Source: Anaerolineae bacterium | Lineage (GTDB): Bacteria; Chloroflexota; Anaerolineae; Anaerolineales; E44-bin32 | Direction: 5' to 3' | Length of the DNA: 64,000 nt | NCBI GenBank assembly: GCA_011174845.1 | Contig: DUEW01000102.1 | Coordinates: forward strand, 2,989 to 66,988 | Shown here: positions 29,460 to 39,700 of the stretch, piece by piece | Layout: the number at the start of each line of letters is the position of its first letter | How positions within the stretch are numbered: the stretch's first letter is position 1 | Made by a program: the position numbers and the translations under genes | Notes under the pieces: model-generated | Databases searched by the model: none | What the model was told of the DNA's origin: nothing | What the model saw: the letters and a program-made list of their open reading frames with translations, nothing else

Positions 29460-30785
29460 TTGATAGGCCAAGCAAATATCGTGATCAAGATTTCTAGATT
29501 CTTAAGTGGCTTCTCCGTATTAATGGCCATCTTTACCTTCATTCGCTCGGAATCCGGACTCTTGAGTGTGCTTCTCTGGATTCCTAAAGCCCTAGCCGGG
29601 GGTTTTTCATTACTTGCTACACTTTCGGGTATCCTGGGATCAATTCTTGGTCTGCTCAATAGGGATTTGAGATCAGCGGTGCTTGGGCTCTTCGGCGCAT
29701 CCATGTCCGCAAGGTACGTCATCAAGGTGGCTGCCTCGCATGGTGGTTTTGAAGAGGTATTCGGCCCGGATTGGGAGGCGTATATCACACCGGAAGTGAA
29801 AAAGCGGATGTATTCGAAACGTTGGACGCCATTGCCAAAGAATCCACCTGAGATTCCGTGGAGACAAGATATCCACATCGCTACTGATCCGGAAGACGGC
29901 GATCGCTTATATGCTGATCTATGGATACCTCCCGATAGAGAGTACCGAACTGGTTTAGGGGTTATCTATCTCCATGGAAGTGGCTGGCATTATGGGAACA
30001 AAGACATGCGAACACGCCACTTCTTCCGCCATTTAACGAACCAGGGGCATGTCATTATCGATTTCGCGTATCGCCTGGCTCCTAACGTCGATCTTCATCA
30101 GATGCTCTTTGACGTTAAGCGAGCGATAAACTGGATGAAAACGAATGCGGTCGATTATGGCGTCGATGCGAAAAAGGTTGTGCTGATGGGAGGCTCAGCA
30201 GGAGCTCAGCTCGCATTGTTAGCGGCTTACACTCCGAATGATCCACATTTTCAACCCAAGGACATCCAGGTTGACACCTCGGTATGTGGCGTGGTCTCCT
30301 ATTATGGACCCACAGACTTGGTCGAACTACATCGATATTTCGAATCAAAGTTTAGAAGGATTCCAACCCGCAGCTCCTTTTCCAGAAGAGTGCCCATCTC
30401 CCGCTGGGAAGATCGTGCTCGACGCACGGGATTCCTGCCTCCTAATGGACGCTTCGTGGCCCCAATGGAAATTTTGCCAAGTCTGATGGGCGATGCTCCC
30501 GAGCGTGTCATTGATCTCTACCGACTTGGCAGTCCGATCAACCATGTGGGTGGCCATTGTCCACCAACATTGTTATTGCAGGGTTTGCACGACTTTGGAG
30601 GTATGGTGAATCAAGCGCGAATGCTCCACAATGCACTTTGTAGAGTCGGTGTGAGGTCGATCTTGGTAGAATTCCTCGATACCGAACATGGATTCGATTT
30701 ATTCTTGCCGAAATGGTCACCCGCAACACAGGCAGCGACATATGACACGGAGCGCTTCTTGGCCCTGTTGTCGTTTTCTCGATAA
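29460..30785 (+). CDS. Membrane-anchored alpha/beta hydrolase (esterase/lipase type)
   Basis: Three or four N-terminal TM helices. Oxyanion motif YLHGSGWHYG, nucleophile elbow GGSAGA, and a late HGF histidine. TTG start. Confidence 0.75.
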   Translation: MIGQANIVIKISRFLSGFSVLMAIFTFIRSESGLLSVLLWIPKALAGGFSLLATLSGILGSILGLLNRDLRSAVLGLFGASMSARYVIKVAASHGGFEEVFGPDWEAYITPEVKKRMYSKRWTPLPKNPPEIPWRQDIHIATDPEDGDRLYADLWIPPDREYRTGLGVIYLHGSGWHYGNKDMRTRHFFRHLTNQGHVIIDFAYRLAPNVDLHQMLFDVKRAINWMKTNAVDYGVDAKKVVLMGGSAGAQLALLAAYTPNDPHFQPKDIQVDTSVCGVVSYYGPTDLVELHRYFESKFRRIPTRSSFSRRVPISRWEDRARRTGFLPPNGRFVAPMEILPSLMGDAPERVIDLYRLGSPINHVGGHCPPTLLLQGLHDFGGMVNQARMLHNALCRVGVRSILVEFLDTEHGFDLFLPKWSPATQAATYDTERFLALLSFSR

Positions 30786-30882
30786 TCCTCTGTGTACACA
30801 AATTGAATGGGTTTCGTAGAATTCACCCCTGTGGGGGATGCAAAACGTGGTGTTCAGTAGAGTATTAATAGAAGGAGACCCC

Positions 30883-31548
30883 ATGAAGAAAAGGCAAAAT
30901 CTCACACGCGCGACAGGTTATTCCCTTTTGATGATCCTCTCTCTAGTCGTTGCCACACTATCGTGTGCGCCCCTCGAGATCCCTGGACCTAGTCCCACTC
31001 CTGATCTTGAGCAGGCGACTATGGCTGCGCTGGCCGCGACACAATCTCATCTCTCGGACTATATTTCTTATCTCGCCACATCCGACGCTGATCATGCAAC
31101 GCAAATCGCGAGGCAGATGGAAATCACCTCCTTTTTAGCTACTAGGATCCCACCTCGTATCGTCACCCCTTTGCTTCCGACATTGACACCCTATAGGCCA
31201 GTGCACGGATCGGTGGTGATCGAGGGTGGTAACTGCTGCGTCGGCGGTATCGCTGGAGAAACGATCGAGATCGTAGTTACTTTTGAGGCCTCAAGCCCTA
31301 TGGCAGATGTGACTGAAATGCGAGTACGGCTTGGTAGCTTCCACTTCACAGAGGACGACATGGCTCATGCTGAGTGGGAAGAGTTTGTCCCCTACAAAAC
31401 CTATTCCATACAAGTCGCCTTAAACTGGGTTGGATTTTATATTACGGTCCAATACCGAGACGAACTCGGGAATTTATCGCCAATTTATCGTGACGATATC
31501 TCGGTAGAAGGTCATCCTCCAACTACAATCGTTCATCCGACGCCGTGA
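30883..31548 (+). CDS. Secreted lipoprotein, unknown function
   Basis: GAAGGAG RBS before ATG 30883. Signal peptide with lipobox LSCA. No recognisable domain. Confidence 0.5.
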   Translation: MKKRQNLTRATGYSLLMILSLVVATLSCAPLEIPGPSPTPDLEQATMAALAATQSHLSDYISYLATSDADHATQIARQMEITSFLATRIPPRIVTPLLPTLTPYRPVHGSVVIEGGNCCVGGIAGETIEIVVTFEASSPMADVTEMRVRLGSFHFTEDDMAHAEWEEFVPYKTYSIQVALNWVGFYITVQYRDELGNLSPIYRDDISVEGHPPTTIVHPTP

Positions 31549-31607
31549 TAAAGATTTTCGCAGAAGTACGATATAAGGAAGAAAACATTATCTGAAGAAA
31601 GGAACCA

Positions 31608-31955
31608 ATGATGAATGAAATGATTGCTTTCTGCGGACTAGATTGTCATCAATGCGGAGCGTTCTTAGCTACTAGAAAAAACAATGACGCAAAAAGAAGG
31701 GAGGTCGCAGAATTATGGTCTAAAGAATTTGGCGCGGATATCCAACCACAAGATATCAATTGTGACGGATGCCTATCTGAAGGTGGGATACTGTTTCATC
31801 ATTGTGAGGTTTGTGAAATAAGAAATTGCGGTAAGGACAAAGCCATTCAGAACTGTGCGTATTGCGCTGAATATGCGTGTGACAAGCTAGAAAATTTCTT
31901 TTCGATGGTACCGGAAGCTAGAGTGCAATTAGATAGGATTAGGAGTGGATTGTAA
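31608..31955 (+). CDS. DUF3795-family Cys-rich protein
   Basis: N-terminal IAFCGLDCHQCGAF and further CDGC / CEVCEIRNC / CAYC motifs are typical of DUF3795. Confidence 0.65.
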   Translation: MMNEMIAFCGLDCHQCGAFLATRKNNDAKRREVAELWSKEFGADIQPQDINCDGCLSEGGILFHHCEVCEIRNCGKDKAIQNCAYCAEYACDKLENFFSMVPEARVQLDRIRSGL

Positions 31956-32284
31956 TTTGGTTTGTAATTTAATTCCCTCTTAGAGTTCGTTGGCGCGGAA
32001 CCGAGATTCACGCAAGTTTGCTTAGCGTTGGTTTATGACCGTGAGGGTAAGTGGCTCTCCCACCTCAAAAATCCTCCAGCAAGCTCAGGACATGCAGTTT
32101 AGGGCTTAAGACGAGCAGGAGAATGCAGGCTCTGGATGCTTCAAAGGGTATGGAGTATCGCATCTTAGTTGACGTAGTACTTGTTTGTGGATTTGGCATG
32201 CGAATTGGTTTTGTTTGCTAAAACGAGGCCACCCTTGAAAACAAAATGGGCGTGGATATTCATGTATGACTTTAGAAAAAAAAG

Positions 32285-32695
32285 GTGCATTTGATGAACG
32301 GGAAATCGACTACGATCTTACACACGATCATCATCAAAACCAAAAAAATAAAAGAATTAGCGCAATTTTATGGGCAGGGATTGGATCTTGATGAGGCGAT
32401 ATCTTTTGGTGTTGATCATGTGGGGTTTACACTCCCTAATGTCTATTTTGGATTTGACCTCGTGGGTGAAGGGGATGTTGTATCTCCTGGAGCGATGTCA
32501 GCTTGGTTTGAGGTGGACGACCTACAGGCTACATTTACAAAATTTGAGGGGTTAGGAGCGGTCGTGATCTATCCGCCCACGAAGAAGCCCTGGGGTGCTA
32601 TCCTCGCGTCCCTCTACGATCCTGATGGTAATGTCTTTGGATTAGCCCAACGTGGGACGAACCCGGTGGAAATCGAACTCCTTTCCCGTGAGTGA
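32285..32695 (+). CDS. VOC/glyoxalase-family protein
   Basis: About 130 aa. Beta-alpha-beta-beta-beta pattern with a C-terminal YDPDGNVFGLAQ segment typical of VOC proteins. Alternative ATG start at 32294. Confidence 0.65.
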   Translation: MHLMNGKSTTILHTIIIKTKKIKELAQFYGQGLDLDEAISFGVDHVGFTLPNVYFGFDLVGEGDVVSPGAMSAWFEVDDLQATFTKFEGLGAVVIYPPTKKPWGAILASLYDPDGNVFGLAQRGTNPVEIELLSRE

Positions 32696-32726
32696 TGCTT
32701 TTACTTGTGTATCTCGACAAATAAAG

Positions 32727-33779
32727 ATGAATCATTCCTCTCCCGTCCGTATCCTTCTCATCGCAGATACTCACCTGGGATTTGATTTACCATTTCGCCC
32801 CCGTGTTCAACGGCGACGGAGGGGTACGGATTTTTTTGATAATTACGAGAGAGCGTTACAACCGGCCTTCGATCGCGATGTGGACTTGGTGATCCATGGA
32901 GGGGATGTATTTTTTCGCAGCAAGGTACCTATGACCTTGGTTGAAATGGCGATGAAGCCTTTAATCAGAGTCGCCGAAGGCGGTGTGCCTGTTTACATCG
33001 TTCCAGGGAACCACGAACGATCTCGAATTCCTCTCCACTTATGGACTGCCCACCCGAAGTTACACATTTTCGATCGACCGAAGACCTTCCTGTGTGCCGT
33101 TGGCAACACCTCGATTGCACTTTCAGGATTTCCTTACGCGCGGCGAATACGCGACACTTTCCATGACTTAATTGAACAGACTGGAGTTCGAGAAATTACA
33201 GCTGATGCACACTTCTTATGTGTGCATCAAGTTGTGGAAGGTGCGCAAGTCGGGACGATCAACTACACTTTTCGTGCTGGACAGGACATCATTCGTGGGA
33301 GGGACATCCCAAGAGGCTTTGTTGCAGTTCTAGCAGGACACATCCATCGAGGTCAGATCCTCACCCAAGACCTCAATCATCTCCCTTTGGCTGCGCCGGT
33401 GATCTATCCTGGTTCGATTGAGCGCACATCATTTGCCGAGAGGCACGAGGAGAAAGGCTACGTCATCCTACAACTAGGTCGAGCAGCCTGCCCCGAAGCA
33501 CGGCTTACGGAGATCTCGTTCGTATCTTTGCCAACACGTCCCATGGTCGTGATCACGCTAGAAGTGGAACGTCTGAGTGCAGGAGATGTAGAGGGATGGC
33601 TGCGAGAGCGGTTTTCTGAACTTGATCCAAATTCAGTCGTTCAGATTAAGCCCCTTGGGTCGGTGAGCGAGAATACGTTACAGGTCCTCAGCGCTCCCAA
33701 CCTCAGGTCCATTGCACCAACGAGCATGAATGTCTCCCTAGCATTCGCTTCTCGTCAAAGAGAAGGGTCAAAGATGTGA
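32727..33779 (+). CDS. Mre11/SbcD-like metallophosphoesterase (DNA repair exonuclease family)
   Basis: Calcineurin-like motifs ADTHLG, HGGDVF, GNHE, and GHIH...PGS. ATG 32727 lies within the ORF tracked from 32652. Confidence 0.75.
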   Translation: MNHSSPVRILLIADTHLGFDLPFRPRVQRRRRGTDFFDNYERALQPAFDRDVDLVIHGGDVFFRSKVPMTLVEMAMKPLIRVAEGGVPVYIVPGNHERSRIPLHLWTAHPKLHIFDRPKTFLCAVGNTSIALSGFPYARRIRDTFHDLIEQTGVREITADAHFLCVHQVVEGAQVGTINYTFRAGQDIIRGRDIPRGFVAVLAGHIHRGQILTQDLNHLPLAAPVIYPGSIERTSFAERHEEKGYVILQLGRAACPEARLTEISFVSLPTRPMVVITLEVERLSAGDVEGWLRERFSELDPNSVVQIKPLGSVSENTLQVLSAPNLRSIAPTSMNVSLAFASRQREGSKM

Positions 33780-33837
33780 GAAAGGATACCAAGCCAAGGT
33801 TCGGACTTGGGTTTGTACGAAATAAATCTCAAACTAT

Positions 33838-33941
33838 GGAATGACATGTGTCTTGGAATGTCATCCTGAGCCCTTCGGCGGAGTTTATCCCGAGTGAAGC
33901 CGAGGGGCTCAGGACAGACTCCGCGAAGGATCTCGTTTTTT
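33838..33941. repeat. Palindromic intergenic element, subfamily 1
   Basis: ggaatgacatgtgtcttggaatgtcatcctgagccc...ggggctcaggacagactccgcgaaggatctcg tttttt. It aligns with 42531-42613. An internal 14-bp imperfect stem pairs ctgagcccttcggc with gccgaggggctcag. Confidence 0.65.
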
Positions 33942-34122
33942 GTATTGAGTTACCTACTTATCCTAACCATGAGAATCTTCGGTGCGGGGTTAATCCTTCG
34001 ACAAGCTTCCTGCGGTAAACTCAGGGCAGACAGGACATAACCTGAAAGAAACCGAAGGACATATTAGAATAACAACTAATGCAAGCTGATTATTTAATTT
34101 AATAAAAAAACGGGGTAGATCT

Positions 34123-34638
34123 ATGACTGAGGAGATGAATAAGCCTAGACTGATCGAATCGATGACGAATGGACGCAGGAAATTTGAGGACACGCTATCG
34201 TTGTTGGATGAAGATCATATGACCATCCCGAGCTTGGAAGGTGGATGGTCGGTTAAAGATGTTTTGGCACATATCGCCGTATGGGAAGGTCGGATGGTTC
34301 GTTGGCTTGAGGACGTGATGCGTGGTGAGATTCCTCAGATGCTTCCATCAGGGAAGACATGGGAAGATCTGGATCAGATAAACGAGGAGATCTATCTTGA
34401 AAATAGGGATAAACCATTAGAGGAGGTACTTGCGGAATTCCATCAATTCTTGCCCAAGGCGCTTGAAATCGTGGAGAAGGTCTCGGAGGAGGATCTGATA
34501 AATCCCGGTCGGTTTGCGTGGAGGGAAGGTAAACCATTATGGTTCATCGTTGCTGCTAATACCTTTTGGCACTATGATGAACATCAAAAGACGATAAGAA
34601 AATGGATGGAGGATAGTGAGGGAAAGCATAAGAAATAG
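34123..34638 (+). CDS. ClbS/DfsB-family (DUF1706) four-helix-bundle protein
   Basis: WSVKDVLAHIAVWEG..V.WL, a central W.....N..IY segment and C-terminal NT..HY.EH...IRKW match the ClbS-like pattern. Confidence 0.6.
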   Translation: MTEEMNKPRLIESMTNGRRKFEDTLSLLDEDHMTIPSLEGGWSVKDVLAHIAVWEGRMVRWLEDVMRGEIPQMLPSGKTWEDLDQINEEIYLENRDKPLEEVLAEFHQFLPKALEIVEKVSEEDLINPGRFAWREGKPLWFIVAANTFWHYDEHQKTIRKWMEDSEGKHKK

Positions 34639-34656
34639 ACTTCACTGTCATTCCTG

Positions 34657-35346
34657 GTGATATATCAACTGATGTGGGTTCTGGGAAGGTTGAGAAGACT
34701 ACAAAAGGTAACGAGGAACCGAGTAGAAGAGATCGGGATCAGCATTTTTATTGCCATTGCTTGTCCCGCCTCACTTTTTGTTTTGTTATGGTGGTCGACT
34801 TCAGCGCTTGCGATCTATCGCGTGAAAGAGATCCCGGAGAATATCATTATCTATGTGGCTCTTCTTGGCCTGGTTTTAGGAATTCTTCTCGATTTTCTCT
34901 ATCTCAAAGAATTGCGGGCAAGGTTTTACAACATCGGTGTTAAGTTCTTAATTCCCCTATACATCTTCTGGTCTGCAATTGCGCTAGCTTTCTTCATGGG
35001 GATGCCGTTTGGCAATTTCGTATTGGGTACTCTTGCAGGGCTGTACTATGGTCGGCGATTGTATTATCAGGGATCAGATCAGTGGTTTGTTGGAGAGAGC
35101 GTCAAGAAAATCAGCCTCTTTGCAGCCTTGGTAACAGGCATCGAGTCGCTGTTCATGGGTCTTTTAGGATTACGTGAGCAAATTGTAGTGGAGCTCATTC
35201 AATCGACACTCGGTTTGGATCCCGTGAAAATTGTAGGACCCATAGGCATTGGGCTGGTGATATTTGTGACGCTATTTGTTATTTGGGTCCAATATTTGTG
35301 TACGCGTGTCGCAATTGGGATAGGGTTTAAGATTGGAAATGAATAA
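34657..35346 (+). CDS. Integral membrane protein, unknown function
   Basis: GTG start and about 6 predicted TM helices. No recognisable motif. Confidence 0.5.
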   Translation: MIYQLMWVLGRLRRLQKVTRNRVEEIGISIFIAIACPASLFVLLWWSTSALAIYRVKEIPENIIIYVALLGLVLGILLDFLYLKELRARFYNIGVKFLIPLYIFWSAIALAFFMGMPFGNFVLGTLAGLYYGRRLYYQGSDQWFVGESVKKISLFAALVTGIESLFMGLLGLREQIVVELIQSTLGLDPVKIVGPIGIGLVIFVTLFVIWVQYLCTRVAIGIGFKIGNE

Positions 35347-35515
35347 TGTGTTGGAGTTCCGTGCAAGCTTAGAATCCGCGGAGGGCTACGAAACAGGTTT
35401 CACTATCGCGTATCCAGGATGATCCATTGAACATTTCACGCGTATCAAATGATCTTTTCTGAAAAAATGAGGTATTCTTATTATCACCAGATTTTGTGAA
35501 TTTTAGGTTCTTCAG

Positions 35516-36445
35516 ATGCTGATAAATTCTTCTCGCTTCTACAGTTTCTTGATCCTCCTTTGCCTACTCCTCGTTACCGCGTGCACAGTGCAATCAACAC
35601 CTAAACCGACACAACCTGAGCCGACTCAACCTCCACCTACAGACACACCTCTTCCTGCACCAACGCCTACTCTTGGGATTGGATCAACCAGGATTCGTCC
35701 AACCGATGGAATGACGATGATTTTTGTCCCTGCAGGTGAATTCTTGATGGGTATTGATGCAGGTGGTTGGGGGCCGGGTGTATTGGAGTCACCACAACAT
35801 TTGGTGGCATTAGACGCGTTCTTAATTGATCAGACAGAAGTTACCAATGGCCAATATAAGATTTGTGTCGAGGCTGGGGTTTGTAAACCGCCAAAAGAAA
35901 ACAGCTCATTTTCGCATGTCACGTATTTTGGTGATGATGGCTTTGATGACTATCCTGTCATCCATGTCAGTTGGTATCAGGCCCTCTCTTATTGCAACTG
36001 GGCCGGAGGTCGATTGCCATCGGAAGAGGAATGGGAATTTGCTGCGCGAGCGACAGATGGACGGATATATCCATGGGGTAATGAATTTGACGGATCTCTT
36101 CTGAACTACTGTGATGTCAATTGCACATTAGCAGAAGCTGATAGATTGTTCAATGATGGTTACGGAGACACAGCGTCTGTGGGAAATTACCCGAAGGGAG
36201 CCAGTTGGTGCGGAGCCTTAGACATGTTGGGCAACGTGTGGGAATGGGTCATGGATTGGATGGATCTCTACCCTGGCCATCCAACGGGTGAGCGTCCATC
36301 ATCATTGTCTCCAAACACCTTCCGTGTGATTAGAGGCGGGGGATGGGACACCAATCAGGGGCACATTTACACAGCTCATCGAAACTGGCTGAACCCGGTC
36401 CACGTACATGACAGTGTAGGTTTCCGCTGTGTCTCCGATCCCTAA
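35516..36445 (+). CDS. Formylglycine-generating-enzyme (SUMF1/FGE-sulfatase) family lipoprotein
   Basis: Lipobox LVTACT plus a Pro-rich linker. Contains FLIDQTEVTN.QY, HVSWY.A..YCNWAGGRLP.E.EWE.AAR, NVWEWV and RGGGW...VGFRC. Confidence 0.8.
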   Translation: MLINSSRFYSFLILLCLLLVTACTVQSTPKPTQPEPTQPPPTDTPLPAPTPTLGIGSTRIRPTDGMTMIFVPAGEFLMGIDAGGWGPGVLESPQHLVALDAFLIDQTEVTNGQYKICVEAGVCKPPKENSSFSHVTYFGDDGFDDYPVIHVSWYQALSYCNWAGGRLPSEEEWEFAARATDGRIYPWGNEFDGSLLNYCDVNCTLAEADRLFNDGYGDTASVGNYPKGASWCGALDMLGNVWEWVMDWMDLYPGHPTGERPSSLSPNTFRVIRGGGWDTNQGHIYTAHRNWLNPVHVHDSVGFRCVSDP

Positions 36446-36797
36446 CAATCCTAAAAGCAACAATCCCACCTTTTTCAATTCGGTTTCAATGATTTAAACA
36501 TCCCCACGAGAATGTTAAATTCGATCCATAATAAACAATACAAAGCCATCCTTTTTTGAAGAAACGGGTTCTTCCGGGAACGAAGCATCGCTACCTCACA
36601 CTGTCTATACCTGGACAACTTTCATCGCGCAATCGGATCAGTCTTGTCGTTGTTTCTCATCATCGATTGAAAACGCCTCACTTGTCTATCTGGCGTTTTC
36701 TGGTAAATTGCCGAATGGGCGAATCTTCTCAGATGTCTCTCAGAACGGTGAATGGTAGAATCTTATGTCATCGTTTGGCCGACCCAGGAGAATTGTG

Positions 36798-39700
36798 ATG
36801 GATGAACAGGAGAGCCTCAATCAACCATCAACCCGTTGGTTAGATCAGGTATTGGGTTCAAAGGTTCAGATCAATCGCGAGGTTTTTATCTACCTCCTTC
36901 TCATCGTTCTTGCCATTCTTACACGATTCATTGGCCTCGAACATCGGGTGATGAGTCATGATGAGAACACCCATGTGTATTTCTCATGGTTGCTTGAACA
37001 GGGGAGAGGTTATAGCCATGACCCCCTCTCACACGGTCCTCTTCAATTCCATTTAGTTGCGTTATCTTATTTCCTCTTCGGGGACAACGACGCTACGGCT
37101 CGCTTCCCGGCAGCTTTATTTGGTGTTCTGGCGGTTGGCTTCGTGTGGTTGTTCAGGCGATGGTTAGGTCGTACGGGCGCAATTGTGGCCGCTGTCCTGA
37201 TGCTCATCTCGCCCTATATGCTTTTCTACTCGCGATATGTCCGCAACGAGGCGCTGGTTGTCCCGTTGGTCATGGCCACCGTATGGGCTATCACTCGTTA
37301 TGTTGAGACCCGCGAATCTAAATGGCTGTATGTGCTTGCGGTGTCTTTGTCTCTCCACTTCGCAACAAAGGAGACCTCCTTCATCTTCACAGCACAGGTT
37401 CTCTTGTTTCTGGGTGTTCTCTTAGCATGGCAATTGATCAACGAAAAATGGAGTCGGAACAATCTTCGGCTCACATTTTTGGCAGGATTTGTGCTGACTG
37501 CGTTAGGAAGCTTGGTTGCGGCAATCACTTACTTACAGGCGAGGGGAGCAGAAACGGAGCTCAGCTCCGAGTTGATCGAGGCAGGAGCTAACTTGCCTGG
37601 AGTTGTCTTATCACCGGTCATAACTTTCGGCGGGATCCTTGCTTTCTTGGGTCTCATCTTGATCGGCTTCGCTTTGATCCTGGAGTTTGGCCGTCGTCTT
37701 AGGACCGATTTTCCGCTTCTCGATTTGGTGATCGTATTAGCAACGATGACCCTTCCTCAGCTCGCTGCGTTACCAGCGACATTGATGGGTTGGGATCCTT
37801 TGGCCTACAACGATCCAGAGGCATTTCGCAGTACTGCGTGGACGGTGGTCGTCTTGGTGGGGATCAGCATTGCGATCGGCATGGCTTGGAGATGGCGTGA
37901 GTGGCTGATCATCGCTGGCACCTTCTTTGTGCCCTTTATCGTTCTCTTCACGACGTTCTTCACCAATGGCCAAGGGGTTGCTACTGGTCTAGTTGGCTCA
38001 TTGGGATATTGGTTGGTTCAACACACTGTCGAACGGGGAAGTCAGCCTCATTATTACTATTTATTAATCCAGATTCCGATCTACGAGTTCTTGCCGGCAA
38101 TTGGCTCACTGATCGCGGTCGGGATTGGAGTTAGCACTTGGCGGTCAAAAAAAGGGCCGGGAACTACGGAACTTCAAATCCCTGACCCTCAGCCTCAATC
38201 CTTAGATCGTTCAACCTTCCCATTGCTTATTTTTATCTGCTATTGGGCTCTGACCTCACTTGTAGGCTACTCATACGCTGGCGAACGAATGCCATGGATC
38301 ACTGTCCACATTGCATTGCCGATGATCCTGCTTGCAGGGTGGGGGATTGGCAAGTTTTTGGATTCAATAGATTGGCGCGAATTGCAAAAAGCAAATGGCT
38401 GGATTGTTGCAGGATTGTTATTGTTTCTGTTACTTTCAGCGCTAAGTACATTCGGCTCTCTCTTCGGACCCAATCCGCCCTTTCAGGGCACCGAGATCGG
38501 TCAACTTAACAACACAGCTGGATTCCTCGCCGCTCTTGGGGTGGCTATCGCATGTGCGATTGGGCTGGTGAAGATGGCACAAGGATGGCCGTTCTCTAGA
38601 CTATCAAAAATGGTAGGTGTATTGTTCCTCACACTCTTGGCTTTGGTGACCGTGAGAGCCGCTTTTCGGGCTGCTTACATCAATTACGATTACCCGACCG
38701 AATTCCTTGTTTATGCTCATTCTGCAAGAGGGCCGAAAACTGCGCTGGAACAGATCGAGGATCTCTCCATCCGAACAACGGGTCATCTTGACATTATGGT
38801 TGCCTATGATAATGAGACCACGTACCCGTTTTGGTGGTATTTAAGAAACTATAAGAACGCTTTGTATTATGGTGCCAGTCCCAGCAGGGATCTGCTAAAT
38901 TATCCGGTCATCTTGGCAGGTGATCCTAATTGGTCAAAAATTGACTCTTTTCTTGAGGACCGCTATTACAGTTTTGAGTACCACCGTATTTGGTGGCCCA
39001 TGCAGGATTATTACAACCTCACCTGGGAACGCATTCGTGAAATGTTGACCTCGGCGAAGTATCGTGGCGCGTTGTGGGATATCTGGTTCGATCGAGACTA
39101 CACGGCATATGGGGATGTGACGGGACGTGACTATTCCTTGGAAAATTGGTCACCTTCTAATCGAATGAAGCTTTATGTACGGAAGGACATCGCCAGTTTG
39201 GTGTGGGATTATGGTATAGCGCCCGTGATCTTGGAACCTGAAGAATTTGTGGATCCCTATGTGGATCAACTTCAGATCATTAACGCAGATCTGACGTTTG
39301 GACAGAGCGGATCTGCCCCAGGCCAATTTTCTCGACCTCGTGGAATTGCTGTAGCTCCGGATGGTTCGATTTATGTCGCTGATACGAATAATCACCGCAT
39401 ACAGCACCTGAGCTCAAATGGAGAGCTGATCTCTGTGTGGGGTCAGTATGCCAATATTGAGGAAGGTGACGCACCCGCTGGAACCTTTAACGAACCGTGG
39501 GGGATCGATGTCGCCCCGGATGGTACCGTTTATGTCGCGGATACTTGGAATCACCGGATTCAACATTTCACTTCTGATGGGCAATTTCTCGGGATGTTCG
39601 GATATTTTGGACAAGCTGGAGCGCCAGATGCTTTTTGGGGTCCTCGTGATGTGGCGGTTGATTCGAGAGGACGATTGTTTGTGACTGATACAGGCAATAA

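Noticed and set aside
35516-36445. FGE/C-type-lectin-fold lipoprotein as a diversity-generating retroelement target
   Set aside because: No reverse transcriptase ORF is in the window. I found no template repeat matching the 3' end of the gene in the flanking 1 kb. The C-terminus shows no Asn/AAY-rich variable-region signature.
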